From contig OZ246395.1 of assembly GCA_965230915.1 (NCBI GenBank), positions 12,019-76,018 of the forward strand: a stretch of DNA of 64,000 bases. Reading direction: 5' to 3'. The position numbers were made by a program, and so were the translations under genes. The notes beneath the pieces are model-generated. The model was given only the letters and a program-made list of their open reading frames with translations. It had not been told where the DNA came from and made no database searches. This stretch comes from an uncultured Candidatus Saccharibacteria bacterium. Lineage in GTDB: Bacteria > Patescibacteriota > WWE3 > 2-01-FULL-39-13. Below are positions 1 through 9,926 of the stretch, piece after piece (position 1 is the stretch's first letter; every line of letters begins with the position of its first letter).

Positions 1-21
1 CGATTCCGACTCGGGCCTCCA
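1..21 (+). tRNA. 3' end of a tRNA truncated by the window edge (possibly tRNA-Cys)
   Basis: CGATTCC T-loop remnant, acceptor 3' strand TCGGGCC, discriminator U and CCA end. U73 with an implied 5' GGCCCGA fits Cys, but the anticodon is outside the window. Confidence 0.7.
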
Positions 22-63
22 TGAATTTAATTCTTCAAGGGATGCTAAAATAAGCAAATATTT

Positions 64-139
64 GGTGAGGTAGCCAAGATGGTCACGGCATCGGTCTGAA
101 AAACCGACCATGTGAGTTCGAGTCTCACCCTCACCACCA
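64..139 (+). tRNA. tRNA-Phe(GAA)
   Basis: GGTGAGG/CCTCACC acceptor stem, anticodon arm TCGGT-CTGAAAA-ACCGA, GTTCGAGTC T-loop, encoded CCA, 76 nt. Confidence 0.97.
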
Positions 140-158
140 TGAGGTAATCCCCCTATAT

Positions 159-764
159 ATGAAAACTAAAATTGACTTATCCCAATACGAAAAAATGTAC
201 GATACCTTTGACAAAGGTCATGATCAAAGACACTTAAACGAAGTGAGAGACTTTGCAATATTACTAGCAGAAAAATATGCTCCAGAAATGAAAGAAGCAG
301 TTTATGTTGGCGCAACTTTACATGACTTAGGTTTATCGATCCAAAGAGAAGGACATGAAGAACTCGGGTATAACATGTTTAAAGATAATGAAGAATTAAA
401 AAACAATTATTCTCAAGAAGAAATCGAAGAAATACTCGATGCTATAAAAGAACACCGTGCTTCAAGCGGAAACCCTAAAACAATCGTCGGCCAAATAGTT
501 AGCGACGCAGATAAAGTCGCAACTGACACAAAACGATCTTTTCAACGTGCTTATGATTGGGGTAAAGAGAATTTACCTACAGTTAACCACCCAGGATTAT
601 TGCTTAGAGCAGCTTCCCATCTAAGGGAAAAATTTGGTCCTGGAGGAACCGGTACAAGACTTTATTTTGATGAGAGTAAAGAAAAGCAAAACAACACTTA
701 TGAGCCAATTTTTCAGGCATTAGATAAATACGATTTTGAAGCAATGGAGAGCTTTTTAAAATAG
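159..764 (+). CDS. HD-domain metal-dependent phosphohydrolase
   Basis: GHDQRH...LHDLG...EHR...SDADK motifs of the HD superfamily. Confidence 0.85.
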   Translation: MKTKIDLSQYEKMYDTFDKGHDQRHLNEVRDFAILLAEKYAPEMKEAVYVGATLHDLGLSIQREGHEELGYNMFKDNEELKNNYSQEEIEEILDAIKEHRASSGNPKTIVGQIVSDADKVATDTKRSFQRAYDWGKENLPTVNHPGLLLRAASHLREKFGPGGTGTRLYFDESKEKQNNTYEPIFQALDKYDFEAMESFLK

Positions 765-765
765 T

Positions 766-1131
766 ATGGAAGGCACAATTAACAAATTTTACGTAGGAAA
801 ATATACCGAAGGTCATGAATCTACTAAAGGCTGGTTCATCGGATCTTATCTCCCGGAAAACCAAGCAAAAACAGACCAAATAGAAATGATTTATAAAGAT
901 CATAATCCTGGCGACGTAGTTGCTCCACATAAACATGAACAAAAAATCGAAGTTGGAATAGTGATTGAAGGAAAAGTAGAAATAACGATAGAAGGTCAAA
1001 AATTTATTGCTCAAAAAGGTGATTTTTACTTCTTAGAGAAAGGTGTTTCCAGCTCATTCAAGTTCTTAGAACCAACAAAATTTATAGCAATACATAGTCC
1101 ATGTGTTCCATCAGATAAAATAGTTCTATAG
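766..1131 (+). CDS. Cupin-domain protein
   Basis: PHKHEQKIE...VIEGKV...GDFYFLEKG cupin motifs. Confidence 0.85.
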   Translation: MEGTINKFYVGKYTEGHESTKGWFIGSYLPENQAKTDQIEMIYKDHNPGDVVAPHKHEQKIEVGIVIEGKVEITIEGQKFIAQKGDFYFLEKGVSSSFKFLEPTKFIAIHSPCVPSDKIVL

Positions 1132-1180
1132 ACCAATTATCCTATAGCCGGTCATCGGTCTTACTTGTTATAATTTCTCA

Positions 1181-1891
1181 ATGGAAATCAGAATTAACAA
1201 ATTTTTATCACAACGCGGCATTGCCTCACGCAGAAAACTAGAAGCCATGCTTTGGGATGGTGAATTTCAAGTAAACGGCGAAAAGGCCGTTCCTGGCCAA
1301 TTGATTGATTCTGAAAAAGACACTGTAACCCATTTGGGACGACCAATCTCTCAGCCAAAAGAATTTGTGTATATAGCTTTAAACAAGCCATTAGACGTTG
1401 TTTCGAGTAACGACGATGAAATGGGTCGTACAACAGTCCTAGATATCGTAAAGTCAAAAGAAAGGCTTTATCCCGTTGGGCGTTTAGACAAAGATTCTAC
1501 CGGACTTATTTTGTTAACAAATGATGGAGATTTAGCTTTAAAGCTGACTCACCCGCGTTATCATTTGCCGAAAACATACGAAGTCGCAACTCAGGAACCT
1601 ATTATGGACTACCAGCTCGAAAAACTAGCAAAAGGAGTAAGAATTATGGGTAAAACTACTCAAAAAGCCGAAGTCGAAAGAACCGGACGCAAATCTTTTA
1701 AAATCACTATTTACGAAGGAATGAACCGCCAAATTAGAAAAATGGCGAATGAAGTTCATCTGACTATAAAAAGTTTGAATCGTGTATCGATTGGATCTAT
1801 AGAACTTAATGATTTGGCTGTTGGCAATTTCAGAAATTTGAAGCCGAAAGAAATTGAAGAATTAAAAGCGGCTCACAGTTCTACCCTATAG
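1181..1891 (+). CDS. rluB: rRNA pseudouridine synthase (RluB/RsuA family)
   Basis: N-terminal S4 (RINKFLSQRGIASRR), LNKP and catalytic VGRLDKDSTGL motifs. Confidence 0.9.
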   Translation: MEIRINKFLSQRGIASRRKLEAMLWDGEFQVNGEKAVPGQLIDSEKDTVTHLGRPISQPKEFVYIALNKPLDVVSSNDDEMGRTTVLDIVKSKERLYPVGRLDKDSTGLILLTNDGDLALKLTHPRYHLPKTYEVATQEPIMDYQLEKLAKGVRIMGKTTQKAEVERTGRKSFKITIYEGMNRQIRKMANEVHLTIKSLNRVSIGSIELNDLAVGNFRNLKPKEIEELKAAHSSTL

Positions 1892-1967
1892 CGTTGAAAT
1901 GCGCCTAAAATCCATTATAATATCACCCATCGGTCTTTCTCAAACACTTTAAATTAAGGATCACACG

Positions 1968-2264
1968 ATGAAGCTTTTCTACGCGTTTGTGGCAGGCTTT
2001 GTTGCTTGTTCCCTGGCAACCTTTGCGATAATTAAAAACGCGCAAAAAATTGGAGTGAGCAGCTTGATTGCTGATCCCAGGAAACTAGGCCTCGTATGGG
2101 TATACGCTGACGAGAAAATTATCATAGGAAAGGAGCTTGGCCCCGACGAAATTGAAGAACTTAAGGGGAAATTTAGGGCGGCGTGGCCCGGACATCGACT
2201 GGGGCCAATTGAAACGGCGCACCCCAAAGCCTTTCTGGAATGGCTTTACACGATAGTAGATTAA
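1968..2264 (+). CDS. Hypothetical protein with N-terminal hydrophobic helix
   Basis: 98-aa ORF with AAGGA RBS, upstream TTGAAA/TATAAT and downstream hairpin. Confidence 0.55.
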   Translation: MKLFYAFVAGFVACSLATFAIIKNAQKIGVSSLIADPRKLGLVWVYADEKIIIGKELGPDEIEELKGKFRAAWPGHRLGPIETAHPKAFLEWLYTIVD

Positions 2265-2274
2265 GATCGAAACA

Positions 2275-2312
2275 GCGCGGATTGCTTATAATTCAAAACA
2301 AGCAATCCGCGC
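2275..2312. terminator. 13-bp inverted repeat between convergent genes (probable bidirectional terminator)
   Basis: GCGCGGATTGCTT-N12-AAGCAATCCGCGC. Confidence 0.65.
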
Positions 2313-2320
2313 TCAGACTT

Positions 2321-2530
2321 CTAAGAAACTTCTCTCATCAATAAAAATACGTATCCCAAATCATTTGGTACAGCCGCATAAAACGTACTTCTGCCTATTT
2401 CGGCATCAGAAGTAGGATAGAAACTTAAAACTTTCCAACCTTCAGCGCCTAATTTATTCAACGCATCCTGAATTATTTCAGGTGGATTTCTTTTCGAACC
2501 GAATCTTAAAAATTTATACTCGTAAGTCAT
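2321..2530 (-). CDS. DUF4177-like small protein
   Basis: MTYEYK...LNKLGAEGWKV...LMRE pattern typical of DUF4177. Confidence 0.75.
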   Translation of the reverse strand: MTYEYKFLRFGSKRNPPEIIQDALNKLGAEGWKVLSFYPTSDAEIGRSTFYAAVPNDLGYVFLLMREVS

Positions 2531-2680
2531 ATCCCGAATATATTCTTATAGACCCTATCAAACAATAGTTGCAATTGATAAAAAGTTTTGATAAATTTAG
2601 TCCCGATCGCCCACTTATCAAAAATTATTCATTTTACGGTAAAATCCGTGAAATAAAGTGTAATTATTTACTAAAAATTT

Positions 2681-2974
2681 ATGAACATAAAACCACTATC
2701 CGACAAAGTAGTACTTAAGATCAAAGATCCGAAAGAAAGAACTTCCGGCGGGATCTACCTTCCTGAATCTTCACAAGAAGAAACTCATATCGCAGAAGTA
2801 ATCGCCGTAGGCGAAGGCAGATTTGCTGAAAGCGGACAAATTATTAAACCTTCAGTAAAAGTTGGCCAAACCGTTTTAATAAAAGGAAAATGGGCAGGAG
2901 ACAACGTAACCGTCGACGGCCAGGAGTATAAAATAGTTAGCGACAGCGATATTCTCGCTGTTTTGGAGGGTTAA
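2681..2974 (+). CDS. groES: Co-chaperonin GroES
   Basis: [32 protein letters not shown]; adjacent to groEL. Confidence 0.98.
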   Translation: MNIKPLSDKVVLKIKDPKERTSGGIYLPESSQEETHIAEVIAVGEGRFAESGQIIKPSVKVGQTVLIKGKWAGDNVTVDGQEYKIVSDSDILAVLEG

Positions 2975-2976
2975 AC

Positions 2977-4611
2977 ATGTCTAAAAAAATAATCTACAAC
3001 CAAGAAGCACGAATGAAATTAAAAGCCGGAGTTGACGCACTTGCAGACGCAGTAGGTGCAACAATGGGACCTCTCGGTAAAAATGTTGCCTTAGATAAAG
3101 ATTGGGGCGCTCCAACTGTTACACACGATGGAGTTACCGTCGCAAAAGAAGTCGAGCTAAAAGATAAGTTCGAAAATATGGGAGCCAAACTGGTTTTAGA
3201 AGCAGCGACAAAAACAAACGATGCAGCAGGAGATGGTACAACAACCGCGACTGTTTTGGCACAAGCTTTAGTTGATTCAGGGTTAAGAATTACAGCCGCC
3301 GGTGCAAATCCAATGCTTGTTAAAAAAGGACTAGAAAAAGCCAGCAAAGAAGTTGTTGCTGCAATTCAAGATATGGCAAAGCCAATCAAAACTAAAGAAG
3401 AAAAAGCTCAGGTTGCAACCAACTCAGCCCAAGATTCTGAAATCGGAACAAAAATTGCCGAAGCTATGGATAAAGTTGGCGACGATGGAGTTATAACCGT
3501 CGAAGAAGGCAAAGGTATGGAAATGGAAGTCGAAACTAAAGAAGGTATGAATTTTGATAATGGTTATCTTTCTGCTTACTTTATTACCGAACCAGAAAAA
3601 ATGGTAGCCGAAATCGAAGACCCTTATATTTTGATTACTGACAAAAAAATCGGAAACATTCAGGAACTTGTTCCGATGTTAGAAATGCTCGTTAAGACCA
3701 CACAAAACTTGGTTATTATTGCCGAAGATATCGAAGGCCAGGCATTAGCAACTTTAGTTTTAAACAAAATGCGCGGAGCATTAAAAGTTTTGGCAGTAAA
3801 AGCTCCAGGGTTTGGAGATCGCCGCAAAGCAATGCTCGAAGACATTGCTACAGTAACAGGTGGATCAGTAATCAGCGAAGAGCTTGGTAGAAAACTTGAA
3901 ACAGTAACAATCGAAGATTTAGGTCGCGCCGATAAAGTCATTTCAACAAAAGACGACACAACAATTGTTGGCGGCATGGGTGATAAATCGACAATCGACG
4001 CCCGTATAAATCAAATTCGCCAAGAGCAAGATAAAACTTCAAGCAACTACGATAAAGAAAAATTACAAGAACGATTAGCAAAACTTTCAGGTGGAGTTGC
4101 AATCATTCGTGTTGGCGGAGCAACAGAAGCTGAAATGAAAGAAAAAAAATACCGCGTCGAAGACGCTGTTAACGCTACACAGGCGGCAGTTGCTGAAGGT
4201 ATCGTTCCAGGCGGAGGAATCACATTATTAAAAGCCCGAAAAGTTTTACAGGATCTTGAATATAAAAACCCTGATGAAAATGCCGGAATAAAAGTTTTAT
4301 ATGAAGCATTAGAAAGACCTTTCAGAAAAATTTTGACCAATGCCGGTGCAGAACCAGGCCAATTTATTAAAGAAATTGAAAATAATCTAGACAAAAATAT
4401 CGGCTACAACGTTTTAACCGAAACAATGGGAGATTTAATTGCAGCCGGAGTTATAGACCCGGTTAAAGTTACACGATCTGCTGTCGAAAACGCAGTAAGT
4501 GCAGCCGGAACAATATTAACAACCGATGCATTAATTGCAGATGAACCTGAAGAAAAAGCTCCCGAAGCACCAATGGGTGGAGGAATGGGCGGAATGCCAG
4601 GAATGATGTAA
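2977..4611 (+). CDS. groEL: Chaperonin GroEL
   Basis: [28 protein letters not shown]-terminal tail. Confidence 0.99.
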   Translation: MSKKIIYNQEARMKLKAGVDALADAVGATMGPLGKNVALDKDWGAPTVTHDGVTVAKEVELKDKFENMGAKLVLEAATKTNDAAGDGTTTATVLAQALVDSGLRITAAGANPMLVKKGLEKASKEVVAAIQDMAKPIKTKEEKAQVATNSAQDSEIGTKIAEAMDKVGDDGVITVEEGKGMEMEVETKEGMNFDNGYLSAYFITEPEKMVAEIEDPYILITDKKIGNIQELVPMLEMLVKTTQNLVIIAEDIEGQALATLVLNKMRGALKVLAVKAPGFGDRRKAMLEDIATVTGGSVISEELGRKLETVTIEDLGRADKVISTKDDTTIVGGMGDKSTIDARINQIRQEQDKTSSNYDKEKLQERLAKLSGGVAIIRVGGATEAEMKEKKYRVEDAVNATQAAVAEGIVPGGGITLLKARKVLQDLEYKNPDENAGIKVLYEALERPFRKILTNAGAEPGQFIKEIENNLDKNIGYNVLTETMGDLIAAGVIDPVKVTRSAVENAVSAAGTILTTDALIADEPEEKAPEAPMGGGMGGMPGMM

Positions 4612-4633
4612 TCTGAGTATCACTAAATGTTTC

Positions 4634-4664
4634 AAAAAGAGGCTCCTTAACGGGAGCCTTTTTT
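4634..4664. terminator. Rho-independent terminator after groEL (bidirectional)
   Basis: AAAAAG-AGGCTCC-loop-GGAGCCT-TTTTT. Confidence 0.85.
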
Positions 4665-5112
4665 AATTACCAACACCGCACCCTATATTCTTGGTTAACG
4701 CACATATAAATAATTGAATCGGTTCTTTGTAATCGGCAAAGCCAGCTAGCCCATCAGTAAGATTAAATGAAAGAAGAGGCGTAAATACTAAAATTAAATA
4801 AATTAATAAAAAAGCAATAATCGCATACATTCCCCATTTGACCGATACACTCCCATGAATATAGATATGTTCTTTCATAGAGTCTGGCCTATATATATTT
4901 AAAAATATGCTGGCAAAAAATAAATTTGTGGCACCAAAAGCGAAAGCGGAACATCCAAGAATAATTAACAGCAAACTATAGAAAGACAGATTATTAAGGG
5001 GCGTGATCCATTCGGTTTCAGTTTGGATAAATTGTAAAACCAAAACTGGTAAATACAACAATAGTGTTCCTATAATTAAGTTTTTTAAACCAACATTAAA
5101 ATATTTAGTCAT
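4663..5112 (-). CDS. Hypothetical membrane protein (about 3 TM)
   Basis: 149-aa ORF with three hydrophobic stretches. Confidence 0.7.
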   Translation of the reverse strand: MTKYFNVGLKNLIIGTLLLYLPVLVLQFIQTETEWITPLNNLSFYSLLLIILGCSAFAFGATNLFFASIFLNIYRPDSMKEHIYIHGSVSVKWGMYAIIAFLLIYLILVFTPLLSFNLTDGLAGFADYKEPIQLFICALTKNIGCGVGN

Positions 5113-5118
5113 GTATAA

Positions 5119-5487
5119 CTAAAGACTCTCAGTTAAATTATAAATAGGAAGTATAACCAATAGAGTTGATATAACCGAATAAATACCTAAACCTAAAATT
5201 GATCCAATAAACAAGATTAAGCCTCTGTTGAATAATTTTTCAGATTTATTATCCTGCCAAAGCCTAACTCCTATATATAAATCAGCGAAGCCAATTAGCA
5301 TAAAGATTGCCGCTACAAAATAGAAAAAAGCAGGAGATGGAGCTTCAGTTCCAAAGTTATTAAATACTTCCTGCTGAGCAGGGACATATTTTACGATTGT
5401 CAATAATTGTGAAAATAAATATCCCATTCCAAATAGGATATTTGCAATACCGAGTAGCTCATTTTTATTTAAAGACTTATTCAACAT
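5119..5487 (-). CDS. Hypothetical membrane protein (about 3 TM)
   Basis: Hydrophobic ORF. ATG at 5487 lies 8 nt after an extended -10 TGtTACAAT, so it is preferred to the 5505 start. Confidence 0.65.
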   Translation of the reverse strand: MLNKSLNKNELLGIANILFGMGYLFSQLLTIVKYVPAQQEVFNNFGTEAPSPAFFYFVAAIFMLIGFADLYIGVRLWQDNKSEKLFNRGLILFIGSILGLGIYSVISTLLVILPIYNLTESL

Positions 5488-5553
5488 ATAAGCTAATTGT
5501 AACAACTTCAGTCGCTTTTTTTATTTTTTAAAATTTATTGCTAGACTTTAGTC

Positions 5554-6006
5554 ATGATAAAAGAAATTCTAGTTAGCTATTGGTGGATAATTCTAATAGT
5601 TATAATTGTTGTTTCTGTAATCACAAGAAAACTAATAAAAGCACTCATTTCTCTAATTATTATTGCCGTTATAACCATGGCAATTTTTCTATTTTTCGTT
5701 TTTCCAAAAACAACCCCTATTGGAGACTGTTATATGGCCGATCTTAAAAATACAAATACAATTGGCGAGGCAACAGTAAAGCTTAAAAGCCCAGAAGAAA
5801 GATTACAGTATTTTTGTCCGGCTATGCAGAAAAACTTCAATAGTTTAACCAAATGTATCCAGGACCAAAATGTAAAAAGCGACTTAAGCTATAAATTGTA
5901 TTCTATGTTTTCGAATTCCAATAAAGAAATGACAGAAATAGTTGATACACACAATGCTAAATGCCCGAACAATAAGATCTCTGTTCCATCTTTTGTAGAA
6001 CTTTAA
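5554..6006 (+). CDS. Membrane-anchored protein with Cys-containing extracellular domain
   Basis: Two N-terminal TM helices and four Cys in the soluble part. Confidence 0.7.
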   Translation: MIKEILVSYWWIILIVIIVVSVITRKLIKALISLIIIAVITMAIFLFFVFPKTTPIGDCYMADLKNTNTIGEATVKLKSPEERLQYFCPAMQKNFNSLTKCIQDQNVKSDLSYKLYSMFSNSNKEMTEIVDTHNAKCPNNKISVPSFVEL

Positions 6007-6022
6007 TTCTGACAAAACATTG

Positions 6023-6103
6023 TGCTATCATGATAAACTTAAAGAACAATTCGAGTAACACGAGAATTGTTAGCGACTTAGTAGTCGCGTCCGAAACTTT
6101 AAG
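6023..6103 (+). promoter_or_regulatory. Extended -10 promoter followed by a structured three-way-junction 5' leader
   Basis: TGcTATCAT 6023-6031; stems CTTAAAG/CTTTAAG, AACAATTC/GAATTGTT, GCGACT/AGTCGC. Confidence 0.5.
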
Positions 6104-6114
6104 AAAAAATTATC

Positions 6115-7359
6115 ATGGATACTTTAAATCAATCTGCCCCAACTCCCAATAATTCTGCCGATAATCAAATTCCAAATAATAATGCACAAAATTCTGAATT
6201 TGCAGAAAAGGGCCCACTATTAAACTCGCGAATGAAGCGAAATATATTAATAGGATGTGGAATAGTTGCCGTATTAATAGCTGCTTTATTTGTAGGAGTT
6301 TTTGCTTACCAGCAAATGAATAAACCTCCTGCAATGATGCCACTTCCACCTGAACCTGTAGTTGAAAACCCTGAACCGGTACGCAGTGATACTCCACGTT
6401 TTGCGTATATTAAAAATGAAAAAAATATTTGGATTAGCAATATAAATGGGGAAGAAAAATTCAGCATTTTGGAACTTCCACTTACGAGTAAAAGTCGAGT
6501 CGTGTCACTAAGCTGGAAAGATAAAGATAATTTAAGCTATGTAACTTGCGATACAAGTACTAGCGTATGCGAAATTTCTACTTATAATTTTGAAACAAAA
6601 TCTATAAAACCTGAAGTTACTTCTACTGGCTCAACCCTTACAAAATTCGCATGGAGCAAAGATGGAAAATATCTAGCATACATAGAAAACCGTGGAAAAA
6701 ATACAAACCTACGCCTAAAACTTGGAACAATCGATAATATCCTAAAAACTTATGTGACCGATACAGAAGATGCGTCTCTTAGCAAATCAGTCGTAGATTT
6801 TAATGACGACAGCCAATATATTTTATATTCTTCTCCTGAACTTATTGTAAACGAGAATAAATCAACCACCCAAACTCAATCGGTCTATATTTATCAACTA
6901 AACGGCGCTCAAATCGATGAAATAAAGAATGTTGATTATCCGTTTTTCATTGATAACGACACAGTCGCATACAAATCAAACAATCGTCTGGTTTATAAAG
7001 ACGTAGGCACAACAGACGAATCAGCAATAACCGATTTTGCCGGATACAACCCAGCGCTTTCTCCGAACGATAATCAAATTGCATATTGGCGCGACGAGGT
7101 TGGCTTTAACAATGTTGTTTTAGGTGTTTATGAATCAGATAAAAATATCCACAGAAATATTTTGAGAGGAGTTATCTTGCCAGTTTGGGTTTCCCCAGAC
7201 AAAATTGTCGGAATAAAGGCCGACAGCTGTATTGGCGAACGATGTCTTTTATATGAATTTCAGACAACCAGTATGGTGATCGTCGATGTTAATAACGGAG
7301 AAGTTTTATCAGTAGACCAAGGAAAATCACTTACAGGAGTTGCCTTTTATGCCGATTAA
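6115..7359 (+). CDS. Membrane-anchored TolB/WD40-like beta-propeller protein
   Basis: Single TM, Pro-rich linker, PD40-like repeats (FAWSKDGKYLAY, PALSPNDNQIAY). Confidence 0.75.
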   Translation: MDTLNQSAPTPNNSADNQIPNNNAQNSEFAEKGPLLNSRMKRNILIGCGIVAVLIAALFVGVFAYQQMNKPPAMMPLPPEPVVENPEPVRSDTPRFAYIKNEKNIWISNINGEEKFSILELPLTSKSRVVSLSWKDKDNLSYVTCDTSTSVCEISTYNFETKSIKPEVTSTGSTLTKFAWSKDGKYLAYIENRGKNTNLRLKLGTIDNILKTYVTDTEDASLSKSVVDFNDDSQYILYSSPELIVNENKSTTQTQSVYIYQLNGAQIDEIKNVDYPFFIDNDTVAYKSNNRLVYKDVGTTDESAITDFAGYNPALSPNDNQIAYWRDEVGFNNVVLGVYESDKNIHRNILRGVILPVWVSPDKIVGIKADSCIGERCLLYEFQTTSMVIVDVNNGEVLSVDQGKSLTGVAFYAD

Positions 7360-9217
7360 AGACGAATCACAAACAGCAGGTCGCCAGCATCCAATTCCGC
7401 AAAATGTTATGGATGTTGAATTTAAAGTTGTTGGAGATATTACCCTTCGCCAACTAATGTACCTTTTTGCTGGCGCAATTCTTGCCTATATTGTTTATAA
7501 ATCTGGCGCACCAGCATTCTGGAGGTATTTAATAGTATTCTTAACAGTCACAGGAACAATTGCAATTGCGTTTGTTCCATATGAGGAACGGGGACTAGAT
7601 AAATGGTTCATGAGTTTCATACGAGCCATGACTGCCCCCACTCAAATGGTGTGGCGAAAAACTTATTCTCCTCCCGCATATTTTTTATCTGATTATGCAA
7701 ACATTATTAAGAATGAAATTATCACTTTAACACCAGCAAAAAGTCGCAATAAATTAGATGATTATTTGGGTCAACTATCAGAATCTCAAAATGACCTAGA
7801 TAGAATTGAGGCCGCACGTTTGCAAAGTATTCGAATGGGATTTTCGACACAAGCCGGTGTTAGCGTTGTTACACAACAAGCCGCACCAAGCAGTTTTTCG
7901 CCTTCCTTAGGAGGAGGACCTACAACGGATGTAATTTTTGCCGATGAGCCAACAGCCCCAGGCCGAAGCATGTCTGACACACATGACGGAAATGCTCCGC
8001 ATGCTGAAATACAGCCGGTTCATGAAAAGGCCCCTGAACCACCAGAACAAACAAAACCTACGACAACTGAAAGTCCAAAGCCACAGCCAACACAACCAAA
8101 ACCTGAGACGAAACCAGAGCAAAATCAGGAAAACTTTGGGTCACAAAAATTGCAGCAGGCTCCAAAAAATGTTGAACAAAAGCCAATTACATCTACGCAA
8201 GCTCAACAACCAAAACCGCAGACGAAGCCGGTATCACCTGAACAAAAAGAAGCGTTAAAGGCTATCAAAGAAGATGAAGCTTCATCTAAAAAAGAATTAT
8301 TAGACTCAATCGAATTTAAAAAACCGACGTTGGGAGCACCAGCAGTTGATCGTGCAATAATAAATATTCCGTCGAATCCTAAAGGTGAAATCAAAATTAA
8401 TTTAACAACAAAATTGCCAAAAGTAATTGTGGTTCAAGATTTAAAAGAAATTCAGACAAAAGAATCGTCGCTAGAAAAAAGAGTCGGAGAACTTTTAGAA
8501 GTAGCAACTCAAGTAAGATCTGAAATGCAAGCGGCGGCTGACAAAGAAGCTCATAGAAATAAAAACCAAGGTCGTATCGAATTCTTTAATACAAAATATC
8601 AAGAACTTGAAAAAGAACGCGCAAAAATCACAACACAGCTTGATGAAAGTACAAGTCAGGTTCAACAAATTGGACAATCTGCAGATTCTGACCTAACTAA
8701 ACAGGTTCACGATCTATCGATTAAAAATGAAGAGCTAAAAGCTCAGCTTGCTCAAATTCAAGAAGAAATTAATATTTTAAGAGCAACACCTCAACAAACT
8801 GCTAAACCTGCTGAACCAGTGAAAGCTGCGGCTCAACAACCAAAAAAGCCTGAACCCACACCGGCTCCACCAAGAAATTCTGACCAAGCACAATCGTTAA
8901 ACCAGGTAACCCAATCAGATTACAAACCGGAAGATCCGAATAAAAAGGCTGTAGTTGACGCAAATTTAATCACAGGCACAGTGAAAAATAAAAAGGGCGA
9001 GCTAATTGATAACGCAGTCGTTATAATAAAAGATAAAGACGGTGATGCCATACGTGCTTTAAAGACAAATCAGTTGGGGCAGTTTAAAACACAGACTCCA
9101 ATGCAAAATGGCAAATACACAGTCGAAACAATTAAGGGAGGAATGAAGTTTGATATAATCTCGGTTGAAGCAAAAGGTCAACCAATTAGTCCACTTTCTA
9201 TCATCGCCTTCGAATAA
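7349..9217 (+). CDS. PrgI (VirB3-like) family protein with disordered linker, coiled coil and C-terminal carboxypeptidase-regulatory-like domain
   Basis: QHPIPQNV...EFKVVGDITLRQLMYL plus 2 TM plus ERGLDKW (PrgI pattern); C-terminal ITGTVKNKKGELIDNAVV...TNQLGQF...GKYTV. AGGAG RBS precedes ATG 7349. Confidence 0.8.
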   Translation: MPIKDESQTAGRQHPIPQNVMDVEFKVVGDITLRQLMYLFAGAILAYIVYKSGAPAFWRYLIVFLTVTGTIAIAFVPYEERGLDKWFMSFIRAMTAPTQMVWRKTYSPPAYFLSDYANIIKNEIITLTPAKSRNKLDDYLGQLSESQNDLDRIEAARLQSIRMGFSTQAGVSVVTQQAAPSSFSPSLGGGPTTDVIFADEPTAPGRSMSDTHDGNAPHAEIQPVHEKAPEPPEQTKPTTTESPKPQPTQPKPETKPEQNQENFGSQKLQQAPKNVEQKPITSTQAQQPKPQTKPVSPEQKEALKAIKEDEASSKKELLDSIEFKKPTLGAPAVDRAIINIPSNPKGEIKINLTTKLPKVIVVQDLKEIQTKESSLEKRVGELLEVATQVRSEMQAAADKEAHRNKNQGRIEFFNTKYQELEKERAKITTQLDESTSQVQQIGQSADSDLTKQVHDLSIKNEELKAQLAQIQEEINILRATPQQTAKPAEPVKAAAQQPKKPEPTPAPPRNSDQAQSLNQVTQSDYKPEDPNKKAVVDANLITGTVKNKKGELIDNAVVIIKDKDGDAIRALKTNQLGQFKTQTPMQNGKYTVETIKGGMKFDIISVEAKGQPISPLSIIAFE

Positions 9218-9221
9218 TATT

Positions 9222-9920
9222 ATGGCCAAAAAATATTTAGCAACAACTCAAGAACATTTAGACATCTACGATATTAAAAATGGAATTGTTGTTTTAAAAA
9301 ACGGAAGTGCAGTTTGTATTTTGGAAACTAACGCAATTAACTTCGACCTTTTATCTATGATGGAGCAAGACGCAGCAATTTCTGCATACAGTAATCTTTT
9401 AAATTCATTAACTTTCCCTATTCAGGTTACTATTCGTTCTAAAAAAATGGATATCAGCGATTATTTAGAAAAAGTTAAAGAAGCCGAAAATAAACAGAGT
9501 AATCCCAAAATTAAAGAACAAATAGTTGCTTACAGAAAATTTATTCAAGAAGAACTTGTTACCAAAGAAGAAGTTTTGGATAAAAATTTTTATGTGACGA
9601 TTCCATATAAATTAACAAGCGTAGCAGCAAGTGATCCATTTGGATTCATTACAGATCTAGTCGGATTTCAAGCTAAACAACCAACCCGTGTAAATACAGA
9701 TAAAGTTTTAGAAGAAGCACGCGCAGATTTAGAACCAAAGAAAAACTTTTTGATAAAAGAATTTGCAAGAATTGGTATAAAAGCAACCGCTTTAAATACG
9801 GCAGATTTGATCAAGCTATTCTATGAAATATATAACAGTGAAACATCCCAGTCACAGAGAATTCGAGGAAATGTTGATGATTTTACGTCAGCTTTAGTTG
9901 AACCAAAGTTAAAGATTTAA
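9222..9920 (+). CDS. TraC/VirB4-associated N-terminal-like protein
   Basis: TQEHLDIYDIKNGIVVLKNG, INFDLLS..EQDA, LNSLTFPIQV motifs typical of the gene between prgI and virB4; ATG 5 nt after the prgI stop. Confidence 0.75.
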   Translation: MAKKYLATTQEHLDIYDIKNGIVVLKNGSAVCILETNAINFDLLSMMEQDAAISAYSNLLNSLTFPIQVTIRSKKMDISDYLEKVKEAENKQSNPKIKEQIVAYRKFIQEELVTKEEVLDKNFYVTIPYKLTSVAASDPFGFITDLVGFQAKQPTRVNTDKVLEEARADLEPKKNFLIKEFARIGIKATALNTADLIKLFYEIYNSETSQSQRIRGNVDDFTSALVEPKLKI

Positions 9921-9926
9921 AATAAT

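Noticed and set aside
2531-2680. CIRCE element before groES
   Set aside because: No TTAGCACTC-N9-GAGTGCTAA match.
6038-6103. Hammerhead ribozyme (three stems plus GAAAC)
   Set aside because: The required CUGANGA core is missing on both strands.
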